Positions 63,659 through 64,000 of a stretch of DNA of 64,000 nt are shown piece by piece; the stretch's first letter is position 1; each line of letters opens with the position of its first letter. A program made the position numbers and the translations under genes. This DNA comes from Eledone cirrhosa (taxonomy: Eukaryota): NCBI GenBank assembly GCA_964016885.1, contig OZ024743.1, positions 337,156,001 to 337,220,000 on the forward strand, read 5' to 3'. The notes beneath the pieces are model-generated. The model saw only the letters and a program-made list of their open reading frames with translations. It had not been told where the DNA came from and searched no databases.

Positions 63659-64000
63659 GAGAGAAAAAACAACAAGGGCTATGTACAACAGTGTGTGTGT
63701 TTAGAAAGCTTGGAAAACGTTTCTTGAAAGGAAACCAGAAATAGCTTCAAGTAAGCAGACGACAACTTCTTCCCAAGTTTGGAAGAAGTGGAAACACCGA
63801 CATATTGCAAATGAATAAAGATCGTCATGTTGGCAAACGAAGCCTGTTGCTTTTGTTTGTCTGCGTTCCTTTATATATATATATATCTGTTATTATCCTT
63901 TATATATATATATATCTGTTATTAATTCTGGCAATATTACGCAAATATGACCCTCCCCAAATATAACAATATCTGTTTCGACACACGATTTCATATAAAA

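Overview
Eukaryotic, transposon-saturated genomic DNA. It is most likely a coleoid cephalopod (octopus-like), inferred from the SINE, RTE, Dong/R4 and microsatellite repertoire. The only host gene I can support is the 3' part of a divergent DNA primase large-subunit (PRIM2/p58)-like gene on +. Three phase-0 exons (13486-13644, 24652-24876, 26520-27284) keep all four 4Fe-4S cysteine motifs and add a ~200-aa low-complexity tail whose stop codon comes from a SINE. The rest is mobile DNA: an intact 1039-aa RTE LINE with a PHD finger inserted inside its RT domain and a 98-bp higher-order satellite fused to its 5' end, decayed RTE copies, Tx1/L1, CR1, CRE, Dong/R4 and Penelope fragments, Helitrons, tRNA-derived SINEs and a 59-bp minisatellite. 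The most striking signal is a cluster of type I hammerhead ribozyme (HHR) motifs from at least six sequence families, mostly in (TA)n-flanked islands between 42 and 63 kb. It includes a 310-bp x 5.2 tandem array with one complete HHR per unit, a candidate non-LTR retrozyme that would yield 310-nt circular RNAs. All calls are by eye; no database searches or folding programs were run.
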